64,000 nt of DNA from the human T2T-CHM13v2.0 reference genome, Homo sapiens. The DNA is taken from the NCBI RefSeq assembly GCF_009914755.1, contig NC_060933.1; one strand, written 5' to 3'. Numbering within the stretch: the first letter of the stretch is position 1; each line of letters begins with the position of its first letter. Positions 38,230 through 53,860 of this stretch are shown here, in pieces. The notes under the pieces were generated by a model, which ran no database searches, had not been told where the DNA came from, and was given only the letters and a program-made list of their open reading frames with translations. A program made the position numbers and the translations under genes.

Positions 38230-41160
38230 TTTCACCCTTCAGCCCGAGGGTAACTACTACCCTGAATTTATGTTTAGGATTCTCTTCCTTTAAAAAAAAC
38301 ACATTGTTTTATTGCATACATATGATTACCCTAAATGACATGTTACTTAGTTTTTAAGGGTATAATTTATTTACCCATTCTCCTATTAATTTACCCATTC
38401 TCCTATTAATGAACATTTGGCTTATTTCCAGATTTTTCCTATTATGAATGGCATTACGTGAGCATTTTTTTTTTTTTACTACATCTTGTACATATGGGCA
38501 AGAGTTTCTCCAGGGCCTATGGTAGAGAAATTACTTTGCCATAACATATGAGAATGCTCAAATTTATAAGATAATCCAAATTGCTTTCCAAAGTGGTTGT
38601 TCTAATTTAAACGCTCACCTCCTGTATTAGTTCGAGATGATCTTGTTGATCCACAGTCTCTCCATATATGGTGATATGGTTTGGCTGTGTCCACACCCAA
38701 ATCGCAGCTTGAATTCTATCTCCCAGAATTCCCACATGTTATGGGAGGGACCCAGGGTGAGGTAATTGAATCACGGAGGCCAGTCTTTCCTGTGCTATTC
38801 TCATGATAGTGAATAAGTCTCATGAGATCTGATGGGTTTATCAGGAGTTTCTGCTTTGGCTTCCTCCTCATTTTCTCTTGCTGCTGCCATGTAAGAAGTG
38901 CCTTTTACCTCCTGCCATGACTCTGAGGCCTCCCCCACCATGTGGGACTGTAAATCCAATTACAGTTCTTTTTCTTTACACCTCTTTTTCTTCTCAGACT
39001 TGGGTATGTCTTTATCAGCAGTGTGAAAACAGACTAATACAGTAAATTGATATCAGTGGAGTGCGGTGCTCCTGAAAAGATACCCAAAAATGTGCAAGCA
39101 ACTTTGAAACTTGGTAACAGGCAGAGGTTGGAACAGTTTGGAGGGCTCAGAAGAACACTGGAAAATGTGGGAAAATTTGGAACCTCCTAGAGACTTGCTG
39201 AATGACTTTGACAAAAATGCTGATAGTGTTTTGAACAATAAGGTCCAGGCAGAGGTGGTCTCAGATGGAGATGAGGAACTTGTTGTGAACTGGAGCAAAG
39301 GTAACTCTCGTTATGTTTTAGCAAAGAGAATGGCAGCATTTTGCCCCTGTCCTAGAGATTTGTAGAACTTTGAACTTGAGAGTGATAATTTAGGGTATCT
39401 GCTGGAAGAAATTTCTAAGCAGTAAAGCATTCAAGAGGTGACTTGGGTGATGTTAAAGGCCTTTGGTTTTATAAAGGAAGCAGAGCATACAGTTTTGGAA
39501 AATTTGCAGCCTGACAATGTGATAGAGAAGAAAATCCCATTTTCTGAGGATAAATTCAAGCTGTCTGCAGAAATTTGCATAAGTAACAAGAAGCTGAATG
39601 TTAATCCCAAAAACAATGGGGAAAATGTCTACAGGACATGTCATAGGTCATCACAGCAGCCCCTCCCATCACAAGCCTGGGACCTAGGAGGATAAAATGG
39701 ATTTCTGTGCTGGGCCAGGTTGACTGTGCTGTGTGTAGCCTAGGGCCTTGTTTCTCTGCGTTTCAGCCCCTCCAACCATGGCTGAAAGAGGAAAACATAG
39801 AACTCAGGCCACGGCCTTGAGAGTGCAAGCACCAAGCCTTGGCAGCTTCCATGTTGTGTTCAGCCTGCACATGCATAGAAGTCAAGAACTGAAGTTTGGA
39901 AACCTCCACCTAGATTTCAGAGGATGTTTGAAAACACCTGGATGTCCAAGCAGAAGTTTGCTGCAGGGGTGGTGCTCTGATGGAGAACCTCTGCTAGGGC
40001 TGTGCAGAAGAGAAATGTGGGGTCAGAGCCCCTATACAGAGTCCTTACTGGGGCACTTCCTAGTGGAGCTGTGAGGAGAGGGCCACTCTCCTCCAGACCC
40101 CAGAATTGTAGATTCACTGACAGCTTGCACCATGAGCCTGGAAAAGCTGTGGACACTCAACGTCAGCCCATGAAAACAGCCACGAGGTGGGCTATACCCT
40201 GCAAAGCCACAGAGGCAGAACTGCCCAAGGCTGTGGGAGCCCACCTCTTGGATCAGCATGACCTTGATGTGAAACATGGAGTCAAAGGAGATCATTTCGG
40301 AACTTTAAAATTTGACTACCTTGCTGGATTTTGGACTTGCATGGGGCCTGTAACCCCTTTGTTTTGGCAAATTTCTCCCATTTGGAACGGCTGTATTTAC
40401 TCAATGACCTGTACCCCCATTGTATCTAGGAAGTAACTAGCTTGATTTGGATTTTACAGGGTCATAGGCAGAAGAGACTTGCCTTGTCTCAGATGAGACT
40501 TTGGACAGTGGACATTTGGGTTAATACTGAAATGAGTTAAGACTTTGGGGGACTGTTGGGAAGGCATGATCGGTTTTGAAGTGTGAGGACATGAGATTTG
40601 GAGGGGCCAGGAGCAGAATAATATGGTTTGACTATGTCCCTACCCACATCTCAACTTCAATTGTATTGCTCAGGATTCCCATGTGTTCGGGGAGGGAACC
40701 AGGGGGAGGTAGTTGAATCTTTAGAGCCGGTCTTTCCCATGCTATTCTCGTGATAGTGAATAAATCTCACAAGATCTGATGGGTTTATCAGTGGTTTTGT
40801 CTTTTGCTTCTTTTGCCTCCTTCTCGTATTCTCTTGCCACTGCCATGTAAGAAGTGCTGTTCATCCACCACCATAACTCTGAGGCCTCCTCAGCCATGTG
40901 GAACCCTTAATGCAATTAAGCCTCTTTTTCTTCCCTGTCTCGGTTATGTCTTTATCAGCAGTGTGAATATGGACTAATACATTTTGTATTGTCAAACTTC
41001 TTAATATTTGTGGAGAGAATAGATGTGTAGTATCTTGTGCATTTCCCTGATTACTAATGAGGTTGAGAAAATTTTTATGTTTTGCAGGCTTTCTCTTTTG
41101 TGAAATCCCTATTAATGCATTTTCCCAATTTTCTGTTGGGTTGCTATTTTTAAAATTAGA
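38230..41160 (-). mobile_element. Old L1M fragment split by THE1A
   Basis: gaacatttggcttatttccag...ttgctttccaaagtggttgt on the left; tattgtcaaacttc...tgcatttccctgattactaatgaggttgag on the right. Confidence 0.7.
38672..40981 (+). mobile_element. Complete THE1A MaLR element (5' LTR 38672-39041, internal 39042-40618, 3' LTR 40619-40981)
   Basis: Both LTRs run t(g/a)atatggtttg...gactaataca; the internal ORF remnants (e.g. LEGSEEHWKMWENLEPPRDLLNDFDKNADS) are typical THE1-int. Confidence 0.93.
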
Positions 41161-41243
41161 AATAACTGTCATCAATCCAAAAGCTTACACATGGCAGATC
41201 CCTTCACACCAGTTCACAGTACAAAGTAACTCCTTGCTTGTAG

Positions 41244-41739
<496 letters not shown>

Positions 41740-41770
41740 TGAACTGCTCCCTGTCACCCACCCATCCTCG

Positions 41771-41908
41771 GTTTTGTTTGTTTGTTTTTACAGAGACGAG
41801 GTCTCACTATATTGCCCAGGCTGGTCTTGAACTCCTGGCCTTAAGCGATCCTCCTGCCTTGGCCTCCCAAAGTGCTGGAGTTACAGATGTGAGCCTCTGT
41901 GCTCAGCC
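41771..41908 (-). mobile_element. FLAM_C / left Alu monomer
   Basis: Monomer length; TSD-like cccatcctcgg / cccatccttgg. Confidence 0.85.
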
Positions 41909-42367
41909 CATCCTTGGCTGTTCAAGTGTAGAGGTAAGTAGTAGATGCCAAGTTTACCTCCAGGTAAGAAGGGGCAGATGCCCCAGGGCAGAATCATAAC
42001 CATAATCAGGCCTCCCACTGCATGAAGACATTATGTTCTGAAGCTTAAACCTGGACAAAGGTCTGACCAGTAGCACTGTGTTCATGAATGTCAGGTCAAA
42101 AATTTAAAACTGGGACTATCCAGAAGAACCTGGTAGATGCAGGTGCAGTCCACAGTCCAATGGTCAGCCTTGATAACAGGCCACCTGTACTTTCTCTTTA
42201 TCATGGAGTCCTTGATGTAAAAATTGATGACACTTTCTTGCTTCTGGTGTGCTTCCCTTTCTTCTTCATTTTCCATAAGTAGTTTCCTCCATCCCGCCTC
42301 CCAACAGGCCACAGTCAATTCAGGACATTTTAACCATGAAAATGAGTCTCCATAACACGAATTTAGA

Positions 42368-42673
42368 GGCCAGACAGGGTGCATCACGCCTGTAATCCCA
42401 GCACTCTGTGAGGCTGAAGTGGGGGAATGGCTTGAGCTTAGGAGCTTCAGACCAGCCTGGGCAACATGGTGAAACCCTGTCTCTAACAATAAATAAATAA
42501 ATAAATAAAAATAAGCCATGTATGGTGGTGCATGCTACTAGTCCCAGCTACTCAGGAGGCTGAGGTGGGAGGATTGTGGGGCCAAGGAGGTCAAGTATGG
42601 AGTGGGCCAAGATCATGCCACTGCAATCCAGCCTGGGTAATGGAGTGAGACCTTATATCAAGAAAAAGAAAAA
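42368..42673 (+). mobile_element. AluJ
   Basis: Full Alu with (TAAA)n linker. Confidence 0.9.
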
Positions 42674-43358
42674 GATTTAAAGGACAGGCTGACTTTCTTG
42701 TTACAAGCCAATGCTCATTTGCTATTCCATAAATCCTAGGGCACCTCTTAAGAATTATGCTAAATCTACACTACCCAAGCTCTATAAATGGAACAACAAC
42801 ACTTGGATGATATCAGAGCTGTTTACCGCATGGGTTACTGAGTATTTTAATCCCACTGTTGAGACCTACAGTTCAGAAAAAAAGATTGATTTCAAATACT
42901 TCAGCTTTTTGACAGTGTACCTGGTGACTAAAAAGCTCTAATGGAGATGTACAGGGAAATGCATGCTGGTTTCATGCCTGCCAACACAACATCTATTCTG
43001 TAGTCCATGGATTGAGGCATCATTTTGACTTTCAAGTCTTATTATTTGAGAAATATATTTCATAAGGCTGTTACTGCCACAGGTCATGATTCCTTTGATG
43101 GATCTGGGCAAAGTCAATTCGAAACCTTCTGGAAAGGATTCATTATGATAGATGCCACTAAGAACATTCATGATTCACCAGAGGAGGTAAAAATAGCAGC
43201 ATTAATAGGAGTCTGGAAGAAGTTGATTCTGACCCTCATAAATGACTTTGAAGGGTTCAAGACCTTAGCAGAGGAAGTAACCACAGTTGTGGTGAAGATA
43301 GCAAGAAAACTAGAATTACAAGTGGAGCCTGAAGATGTGAGTGAATTGCTGCAATCTT

Positions 43359-43653
<295 letters not shown>

Positions 43654-43693
43654 AAATTGCTGCAATCTTAATGGAAATAAATGGAATTAGATG

Positions 43694-44104
43694 GAAAAAA
43701 GTTTAGTCTGGGGCTCAGGATCGGCTCTCCCTTTACTACGACATTCGCGTGCAGCGCACCAAGGAATCAGAGAATTCTACACTCGACTTTGACCTTGTGG
43801 GTTATTATGGCAATATATTTATCATAATATACTGTGAATATTTATCAAAGTAGGAGAATAGAACATATTTAACTATTTGTTAGCTTCATTTATAACTCAT
43901 AATTATTTAGACATAATGCAAATGTGGGCTGGAATTCATGTTCTGATTTTTTGTGGCCTTGAGCTAAGGAAAAGGGACCCAGGGAAATGGGCTTTATATG
44001 CTTGCATGGCTTCATGGAATCCCCAACTTCCTTAGCTTCTGTGACAACTCAAGATTGTTACTAAAATCCACTTTGTATTATCTTTAAAAACCAAGGGATA
44101 TCAT
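43694..44104 (+). repeat. Copy A of a ~400-bp local duplication, inside Tigger1
   Basis: Collinear and highly similar to 46043-46430. Confidence 0.95.
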
Positions 44105-44109
44105 TTCTG

Positions 44110-44320
44110 CTTATATAATATATAATATTATAATACATATTATATTATGATAAAATATATAATATAATATAATTAATATAATAATATACAATATATAATA
44201 TTATATAATATAATTAATATAATATACAATATATATTATATATTATTATATAATGTTATATAATATATAATTTATATTATATAATAATACATATATAATA
44301 TATATAAAATAATATATTAT
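44110..44320. repeat. AT-rich low-complexity (TA/TAA)n tract
   Basis: ~200 bp of almost only A/T with internal re-copies such as tataattaatat...aatatacaatatat. Confidence 0.95.
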
Positions 44321-44828
44321 TGTTGCTTGTTATGAATGAGGAAAGAAAGTGGTTTCTTGCGACGGAATCTACTCCTGGTGAAAATGCTGTGAACATTGTG
44401 GAAAGAACAACAAAGGACTTAGAATATCCCATAAACTTAGTTGATAAAAGAGTGGCAGGGTTTGAGAGAATTGGTTCCAATTTTGATATAAATTCTACTG
44501 TAGGTAAAATGCTACCAAACTGCGTAGCATGCTACAGTGAAATCTTTTGTGAAAGGAAGAGTCAGTCAATGTGGTAAACTTCATTGTCATCTTATTTTAA
44601 GAAATTGCCACTCCCTCTCCAGCCCTCAGCAACCACCACCTCGATCAGTCACTAGCTATCAACATTGAGACAAGACCATCCAGCAGCAAAATGATGATGA
44701 CTTACTGAAGGCCCAGATGATGGTTAGCATTTTTTGGCAATCACGTATTTTCAAAGTAAGATATATACATTATATTTTAGACATAATGCTATTGCACACT
44801 TAATTGACTACAGTAACTTAAACATAAC

Positions 44829-45107
44829 TTTTTTTTTTGAGATGGAGTCTGGCTGTGTTGCCCAGGTTGGAGTGCCGTGGTGCAATCTTGGCTCATTGCA
44901 AACTCTGCCTCCTAGGTTCAAACAATTCTCCTGCCTCAGCCTCCTGAGTAGCTGGGACTACAGGTGCGCACCACCATTTTTGTATTTCCGGTAGACACAG
45001 GGTTTTGCCATGTTGGCCAGGCTGGTCTTGAACTTCTGACCTCAGGTGATGCACCCACCTCGGCCTCCCAGTGTGCTGGGATTACAGGCGTAAGCCACCA
45101 TGCCTGG
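44829..45107 (-). mobile_element. AluSx-like inside Tigger1
   Basis: TSD aacataac on both sides. Confidence 0.93.
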
Positions 45108-45229
45108 CAACATAACATTTATATGCACCAGAAAGCAAAAAATTTCGTGTGACTTGCGCTGTTGTGACATTCACCTTATTGTGTTACCTAGAACCAAACC
45201 TGCAATATCTCCAAGGTGTGCCTGTATCC

Positions 45230-45680
45230 CTAGAAGCAGAGCTGGAATAAGGACTTCGGTGTGGGTGGTTTATTTGGAAAGTGATTCCAAGAAGCAAGAG
45301 TCAGAAGTGGGAAGAGTGAGCCAGGCAAGAAAGAAAAGCCAAAATAATGGCATGCTATTGAGGCTCCTGGCATGCAGTTTTTTCTGCAGGACCTTCCGAG
45401 AGGCTCCGGAAAGTTATCCAGAAATGTCCACCTGAAACATGAGCCTGGAGCATTTGTCCACCTGTCCCACACTGGTTGAGGTCTTCCCCTGAGGCTGTTA
45501 ACCTGCAAGTGTTTCTGGGCTGTATTTGTGCTCAGGCAAAATCCTACAATAATGGAGATTCCCTAGGGCAGAAAGTGTACCTTGAGTTTGCTGGCAGCAC
45601 AAGAGAAGCCTGTGCTTCCATGGAACTTCTCACGGTGGCTGAGACTGAATGAAAGGTGAGCTGAGAAAACATGACGCAGG
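45230..45680 (-). mobile_element. ERVL LTR (LTR16-like)
   Basis: gtggtttatttggaaagtgattccaagaagca...gaagtgggaagagtgagccagg...gaaaagccaa. Confidence 0.55.
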
Positions 45681-46042
45681 CGCCATTGCACTAAGCAATC
45701 ATAGCCATCGATCTGGGCAAGAGGACCCCTGCCCTGAATCCTGCACTTGAGAAGGTACCTCTCTGGCCCTCCACTGACTGTACCCTGGCCCACTCAGAGC
45801 TTCACCATCTCTTCTAGGGCACACGCTGGGCACTCAGGGACCTGGCGAAATGTGCCTGAGCCTGCATGGCCTCTTCCCTGGGTCCATTTCAAAGTGCAAA
45901 CTGTGCTTGTCCAAATGGTGCCCAAGGATCTGCTTTCTGAAGGGGTGAGAATTGTGGATGCAGCTTGCATGGGGCCTAGGGAGTTCCCCACACAAGGGTA
46001 TGCAAAGCTTCTCAAGTGAGGACAGGGCTACCTACGATGAAA

Positions 46043-46430
46043 GAAAAAAGTTTAGCCTGGGGCTGATGATCGGCTCTCCCTTTACTACCACATTCCTGTG
46101 CAGAGCACCAAGAAATCAGAGAATTCTACACTCAACTTTGACCTTGTGGGTTATTATGGCAGTATATTTATCGAAATAGGAGAATAGAACATATTTAACT
46201 ATTTGTTAGCTTCATTTATAACTCATAATTATTTAGACATAATGCAAATGTGGGCTGGAATTTACGTTCTGATTTTTTGTGGCCTTGAGCTAAGGAAAAG
46301 GGACCCAAGGAAATGGGCTTTATATGCTTGGATGGCTTTGTGGAATCCCCAACTTCATTAGCTTCTGTGGTGACTCAAGATTGTTACTAAAATCCACTTT
46401 GTATTATCTTTAAAAACCAAGGAATATTAT
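46043..46430 (+). repeat. Copy B (probable donor) of the ~400-bp local duplication
   Basis: gaaaaaagtttagcctggggc through tctttaaaaaccaaggaatat; matches 43694-44104. Confidence 0.95.
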
Positions 46431-46663
46431 GTAGATCAGTAGTTAGAAGGTACTTGACTCAAAATATGTATGAACCAAAGGATATAAATGACTAAAAGCA
46501 GGAGGATTATTACCTGAAGTGGTGGAGGGTTGATCTCAGGATATGACCTGTGAGATCCTTCCTGCTGGCTCAGTGCTGGCTGAATGGGGGGCAGGAGAGC
46601 ACCAGGAACAACACACATCTGGGACAGGAGGGAATGCGGGGAGGAAGGAAAGAGAAATAGGCC

Positions 46664-46940
46664 TTTTTATTTTTATTGATACATGACAATTATACATATT
46701 TGTAGGGTACATGTGATATTTTGATACATGCATACAATGTGTAGTGATCAAATCAGGATAATTTGCATATCCATCACCTCAAACATTTATCATTTGTGTT
46801 GAGAACATTCTACATCTTTCCTCTAGTCATTTTGAAATATATAAGTTATTGTTAATGATCATCACCCTACGTGCTATTGAACACTAAAAATTTTTCTGTT
46901 CCTTCCATCTAACTGTATTTTTGTGTCCATTAACCAACTT
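46664..46940 (-). mobile_element. L1MA 3' end
   Basis: gggtacatgtgatattttgatacatgcatacaatgtg...catatccatcacctcaaacatttatcat. Confidence 0.85.
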
Positions 46941-47567
46941 CTGGGAAGGGCAAAAGAGTGGGTGGATGAAAAGGGCCCTTTTTAAGGAAAAGTAAATCTT
47001 ACAAGAAGGGAAGACATCTTAGGAGGAAAAATAAAAAGGTGGACCATGGGCTTAGAGTAGGGACTGCAGAAATTGAATGGCAAAGAAAAAACCAACTTAG
47101 CAATGTGAAAATACATCTCAATGTCATTCTTTTCACAGGTCCAGTGTCTGATTCTTTTGGGAAGCTGGATATGAAGTCAGAATCTTTCTTTGAGTCATAC
47201 ATTTTCATGATTATGATTATTATTGAATGATAGCTGGCAATTATTGAGAGCAATTATTGAGGACAATTATTGAGCTTTCACAAGCCCTTTTCAAAGGTCT
47301 TTACATATATTTTCTCCACTTCTAACTGTTAGATATTCTTATTATTCCCATTTTGTAGATGAGGGATACACAGGCATAAAGCCTATGTGGAGGCAGAGAG
47401 CAGCTACGTAACCTGACTATGGCCCAACAGCAAACAAATGATGGGGCCACATGCAAATCCAGGCAGAACCCTTCTATTATATGAAGCTCAATGTTTTCTT
47501 GTTTGCAGCTTGTTATGAATACCTCTATTTGCAAATGGGTTTTGAAGCTACTTTAAAACATTTTGTG

Positions 47568-47897
<330 letters not shown>

Positions 47898-49479
47898 CTA
47901 GATTGTGCTCATATGTATTTTGATGTCTAATAAGATTTATTCTCAGTGCATTTTTTAAGTGAAAGTATTTATTGAGCATCTACTGTATATCATGTGCTGA
48001 GATAGGCACCAGTGGTGCAGGGAACATATGGCACAGTCTCTGACCTCAGGTAACTTTCACTCTCATACATATGTATTAGGACACCAACACATGTGTGAAT
48101 ATAAGATAGTATGATAGATATTGCAACAAGTAATTATTTACTGTAAACCTATTTTATAGGATTTTAAACTTAAACTACTTTCACCCTATTTCCAAAAAAA
48201 AGTATTGCATAACTTTAAATAGATTCTCAGTTTGAAATCATCATACAAACTGCAGTAGCATCTGCTGGTGAAATACTGCTTTGTATCTATTAGAATAGTC
48301 CAAACAATTGGGAGACAACTGCATTATTAGAGCTGTAAAAGTTATTGTCTAGAAATCTCAGAGAAGAAGAGGAAGTTCTATGGTAGATGAATAAGATGAC
48401 ATCTAAACTGTTCTCTTCAGCTACTGAAGTTCTGTGGATATCTCACAGCACAAAGTTCAAGTGTATGCCCACAGCTCCTCATGCCACAAGATGTGACACC
48501 TTTCCAATCTCTTTTTGCAAAAGTTTCCAATTATGTCTCTTTTAAGAGTACTTTTTATACCCACATATTCCGGATTTTGTGGTGCACGCAAAGACAAGAT
48601 GGGAAGGGGCTTCCATTTATTGATGCCAGCTGCTCCATGGACCAGGCCCTGCCCATGCATCCATGTTGGTTCTTTTATCCCCACATCAGCCATAGCCCAT
48701 AAGCATTAACTGCCATTGCACAGATGAGGAAATTGAAAGTCTAAGAGAATATGCAATCTACCCAGAGTCATGCAGCTTGTGTATGTAAGGTTTGGAATGA
48801 AAATCCAATCTGTGTGAGTCTCAAGTCCCCTTCCACCATATGGTTTCCATTTCATTTTGCAATCAGATTGGCTGGGATATGTCTGCCCTAAAAGATAGTA
48901 AGTAGGAATATTTGTCTCTATACCTTAACCTGACATCCATGGGCTTGCTTTTTGTATTTGGAGGTGTCATAACATTATAATAATAATTTGATTTTATTTG
49001 TACAGTGGATATTATACTACTCAGTCTAGAGATTTATGACATCCCAGTCTAAACTGGATGATAGCAATGAAGCTTCTTCAAGGAGACAAGTATGAGTAAT
49101 AAGGTAGTAATAAGCTGAATTTCTATGGAGTTGCTACTTCTGAATTAAAACTAGTTGAGATTAAGTAGATATTCAAAAATATTGCTATAATCTTCACTTG
49201 AATAATACAAACATTTATTATTTTTACATATTTATTTATTTATGGAACATAATTTTAAAACAGAATATTTTCAAATTGTATTAAAATATATTAAAAACAT
49301 AATACATTATCACCCAATAGAGTTTTTCAAAGTAACTCAGTGTTAGTTTAAAATGTGAAATTCAATCAACATAATTCACCATAGAATACAGTGTGTATGT
49401 CAGTATAATATATATATCAAAATTGGAAAGCAGTAAATTTATCTTTGTTTTGTAATAAGATGAAATTAAAATTTTAATG

Positions 49480-49570
49480 AATTTCAACTTTCATTTTAGA
49501 TTTCGGAGGGTACCTTTGCAGGTTTATTACATGGGTGTATTGTGTGATGCTGAGATTTGGGGTATGAATG
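49480..49570 (-). mobile_element. L1P 3' terminal fragment
   Basis: tttcaactttcattttagatttcggagggtac...caggtttattacatgggt...gatgctgagatttggggtatgaatga. Confidence 0.75.
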
Positions 49571-49779
49571 AAAGTGTGAGTGCCTGTTTTGAACTTGCAC
49601 CGAGAGCAATCTCCCCTGATCAGCAGAGGGTAAACTAACTTGAATTACACTTGAATTTTTTAGTAGAGCAGGTCACAAAGGGCAAATTGTAGTCCAGAGA
49701 CAAAAGTGCTCAGTGGTCTAAAATGAGCCTGCCATATCACTGAGGGTACAGGTCTTCACAGAAATATTTTTCAGAAAGA

Positions 49780-50290
49780 CGTCAAACCTTTGTTTAAAGA
49801 TAAATGTAAGCTGGGTGTGGAGGCACACGTCTATAATTCCAGCTACTCAGGAGGCTGAGGCAGGAGGATCCCTTGAGTTCAGGAGTTTAAGACCAGCCTG
49901 GACAACATAGGAAGATCCCATCTCAATTTTTTAAAATGAGAAAAAAAATAGATAAACTTAAACATATTAAAATTTTAAAGAGTTTATTTAAGCAAACAGA
50001 GATTCATGGATCAGGCAGCTCCAAACTGAAAGTGGTTGGAGGATCTACTGGAGGTGTTTGTAAGGAAGGCTTTTACAGGGTGAATATAGAAGTAAAGTAG
50101 AGAAATTATTTGATTGGCAAAAATGTGGGCAGTTGCATTATTTGAACTATCCTGGTGGTAGGTCTCTCATTACCCAGCTAATACTCGGCAGGCCACCTGT
50201 GGGTGGGCTAAGCTTGTTTCATTTTGTCTATGCAGGAACCCTGGCCATGGGAGCTATCTCAGCCTAATGCTCTCCCATTACGAAATTTTA
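49780..50290 (-). mobile_element. ERV1 (MER4-group) LTR remnant carrying a plus-strand Alu monomer (49809-49950)
   Basis: ttaaagagtttatttaagcaaacagagattcatggatcaggcagc; monomer flanked by agataaatgtaa / agataaacttaa. Confidence 0.55.
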
Positions 50291-51005
50291 CACCTTCTTT
50301 CTGTATCAGGGTAAGTGGGGATCTTCCCCAGGAGGGTTCTTACCACCCTGTTTCCCTCAGCAAAATGAAACTGTCCCTTTTGCCTCTGTAGGCAATCTTC
50401 TGAACAAGGCATTCCTAATATTCTTATCTCATCTTATTTTATCTTATCCTCTTCTCTGTACCTTGTTTACATGCTTCTGGAACACTTGTGTGTCTTGCAC
50501 CCATCTCCTGCATTATTTAGGCAATCCTAACAGAAGGCCGCTAGGATGGATTGGAAGAGAACTGCTGGCATATTGAGCCCTCTCTCTTTGTATCTGGAAC
50601 TTTCATAATTACCTTAGTTCTCCATGCCAATTTTGCACTTATCTTTGTTCTCCACTTCAAAATACATTTACCTCTGACAGCAGCTGAGTTCATAAAAGGG
50701 AACTTGTCCAGTGGTACTTATGAGGCAGGAGACATGATATAGTTAAAATTATAAACTATAATCACTATATAGTTATATATTATATATAATCACTATATCA
50801 CTCCAGGGTTGAAGTGATACTCCTGCCTCAGCCTCCTGAGTAGCTGGGATTACAGGCATGTGCCACCACACTCGAATAATCGTATATGTTTTAAAATAGG
50901 AATAGATTTTCTCAGCTAAAGGGAAGGGAAATGCTAAGGAAAGAGTGAGATTTGACTTGATAATTATGTTTCTGAATGAATCAGCCAATTAATAAAATGA
51001 AAACA

Positions 51006-51320
51006 GGCCAGGACAGTGGTGCATGCCAGTCATCCCAGCAATTTGGGAGGCCAAGGTGGGCAGATCACTTGAGTCCAAGAGTTTGAGACAAGCCTGAGCA
51101 ACATATCAAAACCCCGTCTCTACAAAAAATACAAAAATTAGCCAGGTGTGGTGGCTCATGCCTGTAGTCCCTGCTACTTGGGAGGCTGAGGTAGGAGGAT
51201 CACCTGAGCCTGGAGATGTAGAGGCTGCAATGAGCTGTGATCATGCCACTGCACTTCCAGCCTGGGTGACACAGTGAGACCCTGTCCCAAAGAAACTAAA
51301 CTAAAATGAAATGAAAACAA
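51006..51320 (+). mobile_element. AluJ
   Basis: Full Alu, J-type right arm. Confidence 0.9.
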
Positions 51321-52146
51321 ACACAAGACAAAAATTGATGGACTTATTTTAACACTTAGCATGATGAACACACATAGATAACAATACTAACCCAATGGGT
51401 TTTTGTCAGTCAAACTCATGGTCACTAGTCTAAAGAAAATAGGAATAATGACTGTGAATTAACAACCATTTACAACATTAGAAATACAAAATACAAATTA
51501 TTGTCAGATATATCAGACTCACAATTATTTGACCTTTTAAGAATTCATCCTGCTCTCCATAATGAATAAGAAAATACTGATAACTCTTTTTTCCCTTAAC
51601 TTAATCCTTTGTGCTCCTGAATCTCTGAATTTGTGTTTACATCTTAACACTCTTTTTTTGTAATTATTTTCTGCAGCTTTTTTCTCTTCACTTGAGGCAT
51701 CTCCTATATTCTCTTTACACTTTTCCACAAATGACTCAATTTTTTTCGTAAGCTTCATTGATGAGTTCCATGTATGTGATGATAGTGTAATGATAAATTA
51801 TCCATGTGGTTTCCCTCCAGTCTTGTTCATTATTCAAGTGACTCTCCTTGGTCTAGCAACAGGCTAGGAGGTAACTATGACATTTTGTTCAGGTTAAGCA
51901 GGAAGAAGAAAACAAAATCTACATTCTCTTTTTTATATTTTAAACACAAGCCAACAAATAATTTGGAAAGACCCATGATTAGACAGGGAGGATTTTATGC
52001 TCCTTCAAGAGTAATTGAGATTGTTTAATTGTATGGAGGAATGAGCATATCTCAAGGGGAATCGAGAAGGTATAATATTTGGATGACAGAATCATTAAGA
52101 ACTGGCTTTGCACCCTGGCTACACCATTGCACATAGGAAATATTAG

Positions 52147-52441
<295 letters not shown>

Positions 52442-52871
52442 TCACTGCCCCACCAACTTTTTCACATAGGATGATTAAGGATTCCAGAGCCCATGCTACC
52501 TCTAGGGGCTCCTACCCCTGCCACACCACACATATATCTTGACAGGGCCTGTTATAGAGAAGAAAAGGCCCAGTAAATTAATATCACAATCATTGCCACA
52601 TACCCACCAAAAGACTCAGATTAAAATTTTGACGAAATTAAGTGTCAAGAAGAATGGAGAGATTTGGGAATTATCAGACATTGTAAGACTGTCAGTTGGT
52701 GTGTTAACATTTGGTTGAAACCCATAATAACTGGTAAAACTGAAGATACGTTTAACCTGTAACCTGTGATTTCACCTCTTGGTTTATACTGTACATAAAT
52801 ACACACTAATGGTAACCAAATAGAAATACAAACATGTTCACAACAGCATCATTTGTAACTGACAAAAATGA

Positions 52872-53860
<989 letters not shown>

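Noticed and set aside
39053-40436. ORFs inside THE1
   Set aside because: Fragmented MaLR internal ORF remnants with stops and frameshifts
42091-42365. Protein-like minus-strand stretch (RKLLMENEEEREAHQKQESVINFYIK)
   Set aside because: No recognisable family; the ORF starts within an Alu and has no clear splice context
43694-43790. Possible tRNA/snRNA pseudogene in the CpG-rich start of the duplicate
   Set aside because: No cloverleaf, A/B boxes or match to U1, 5S or 7SL that I can see
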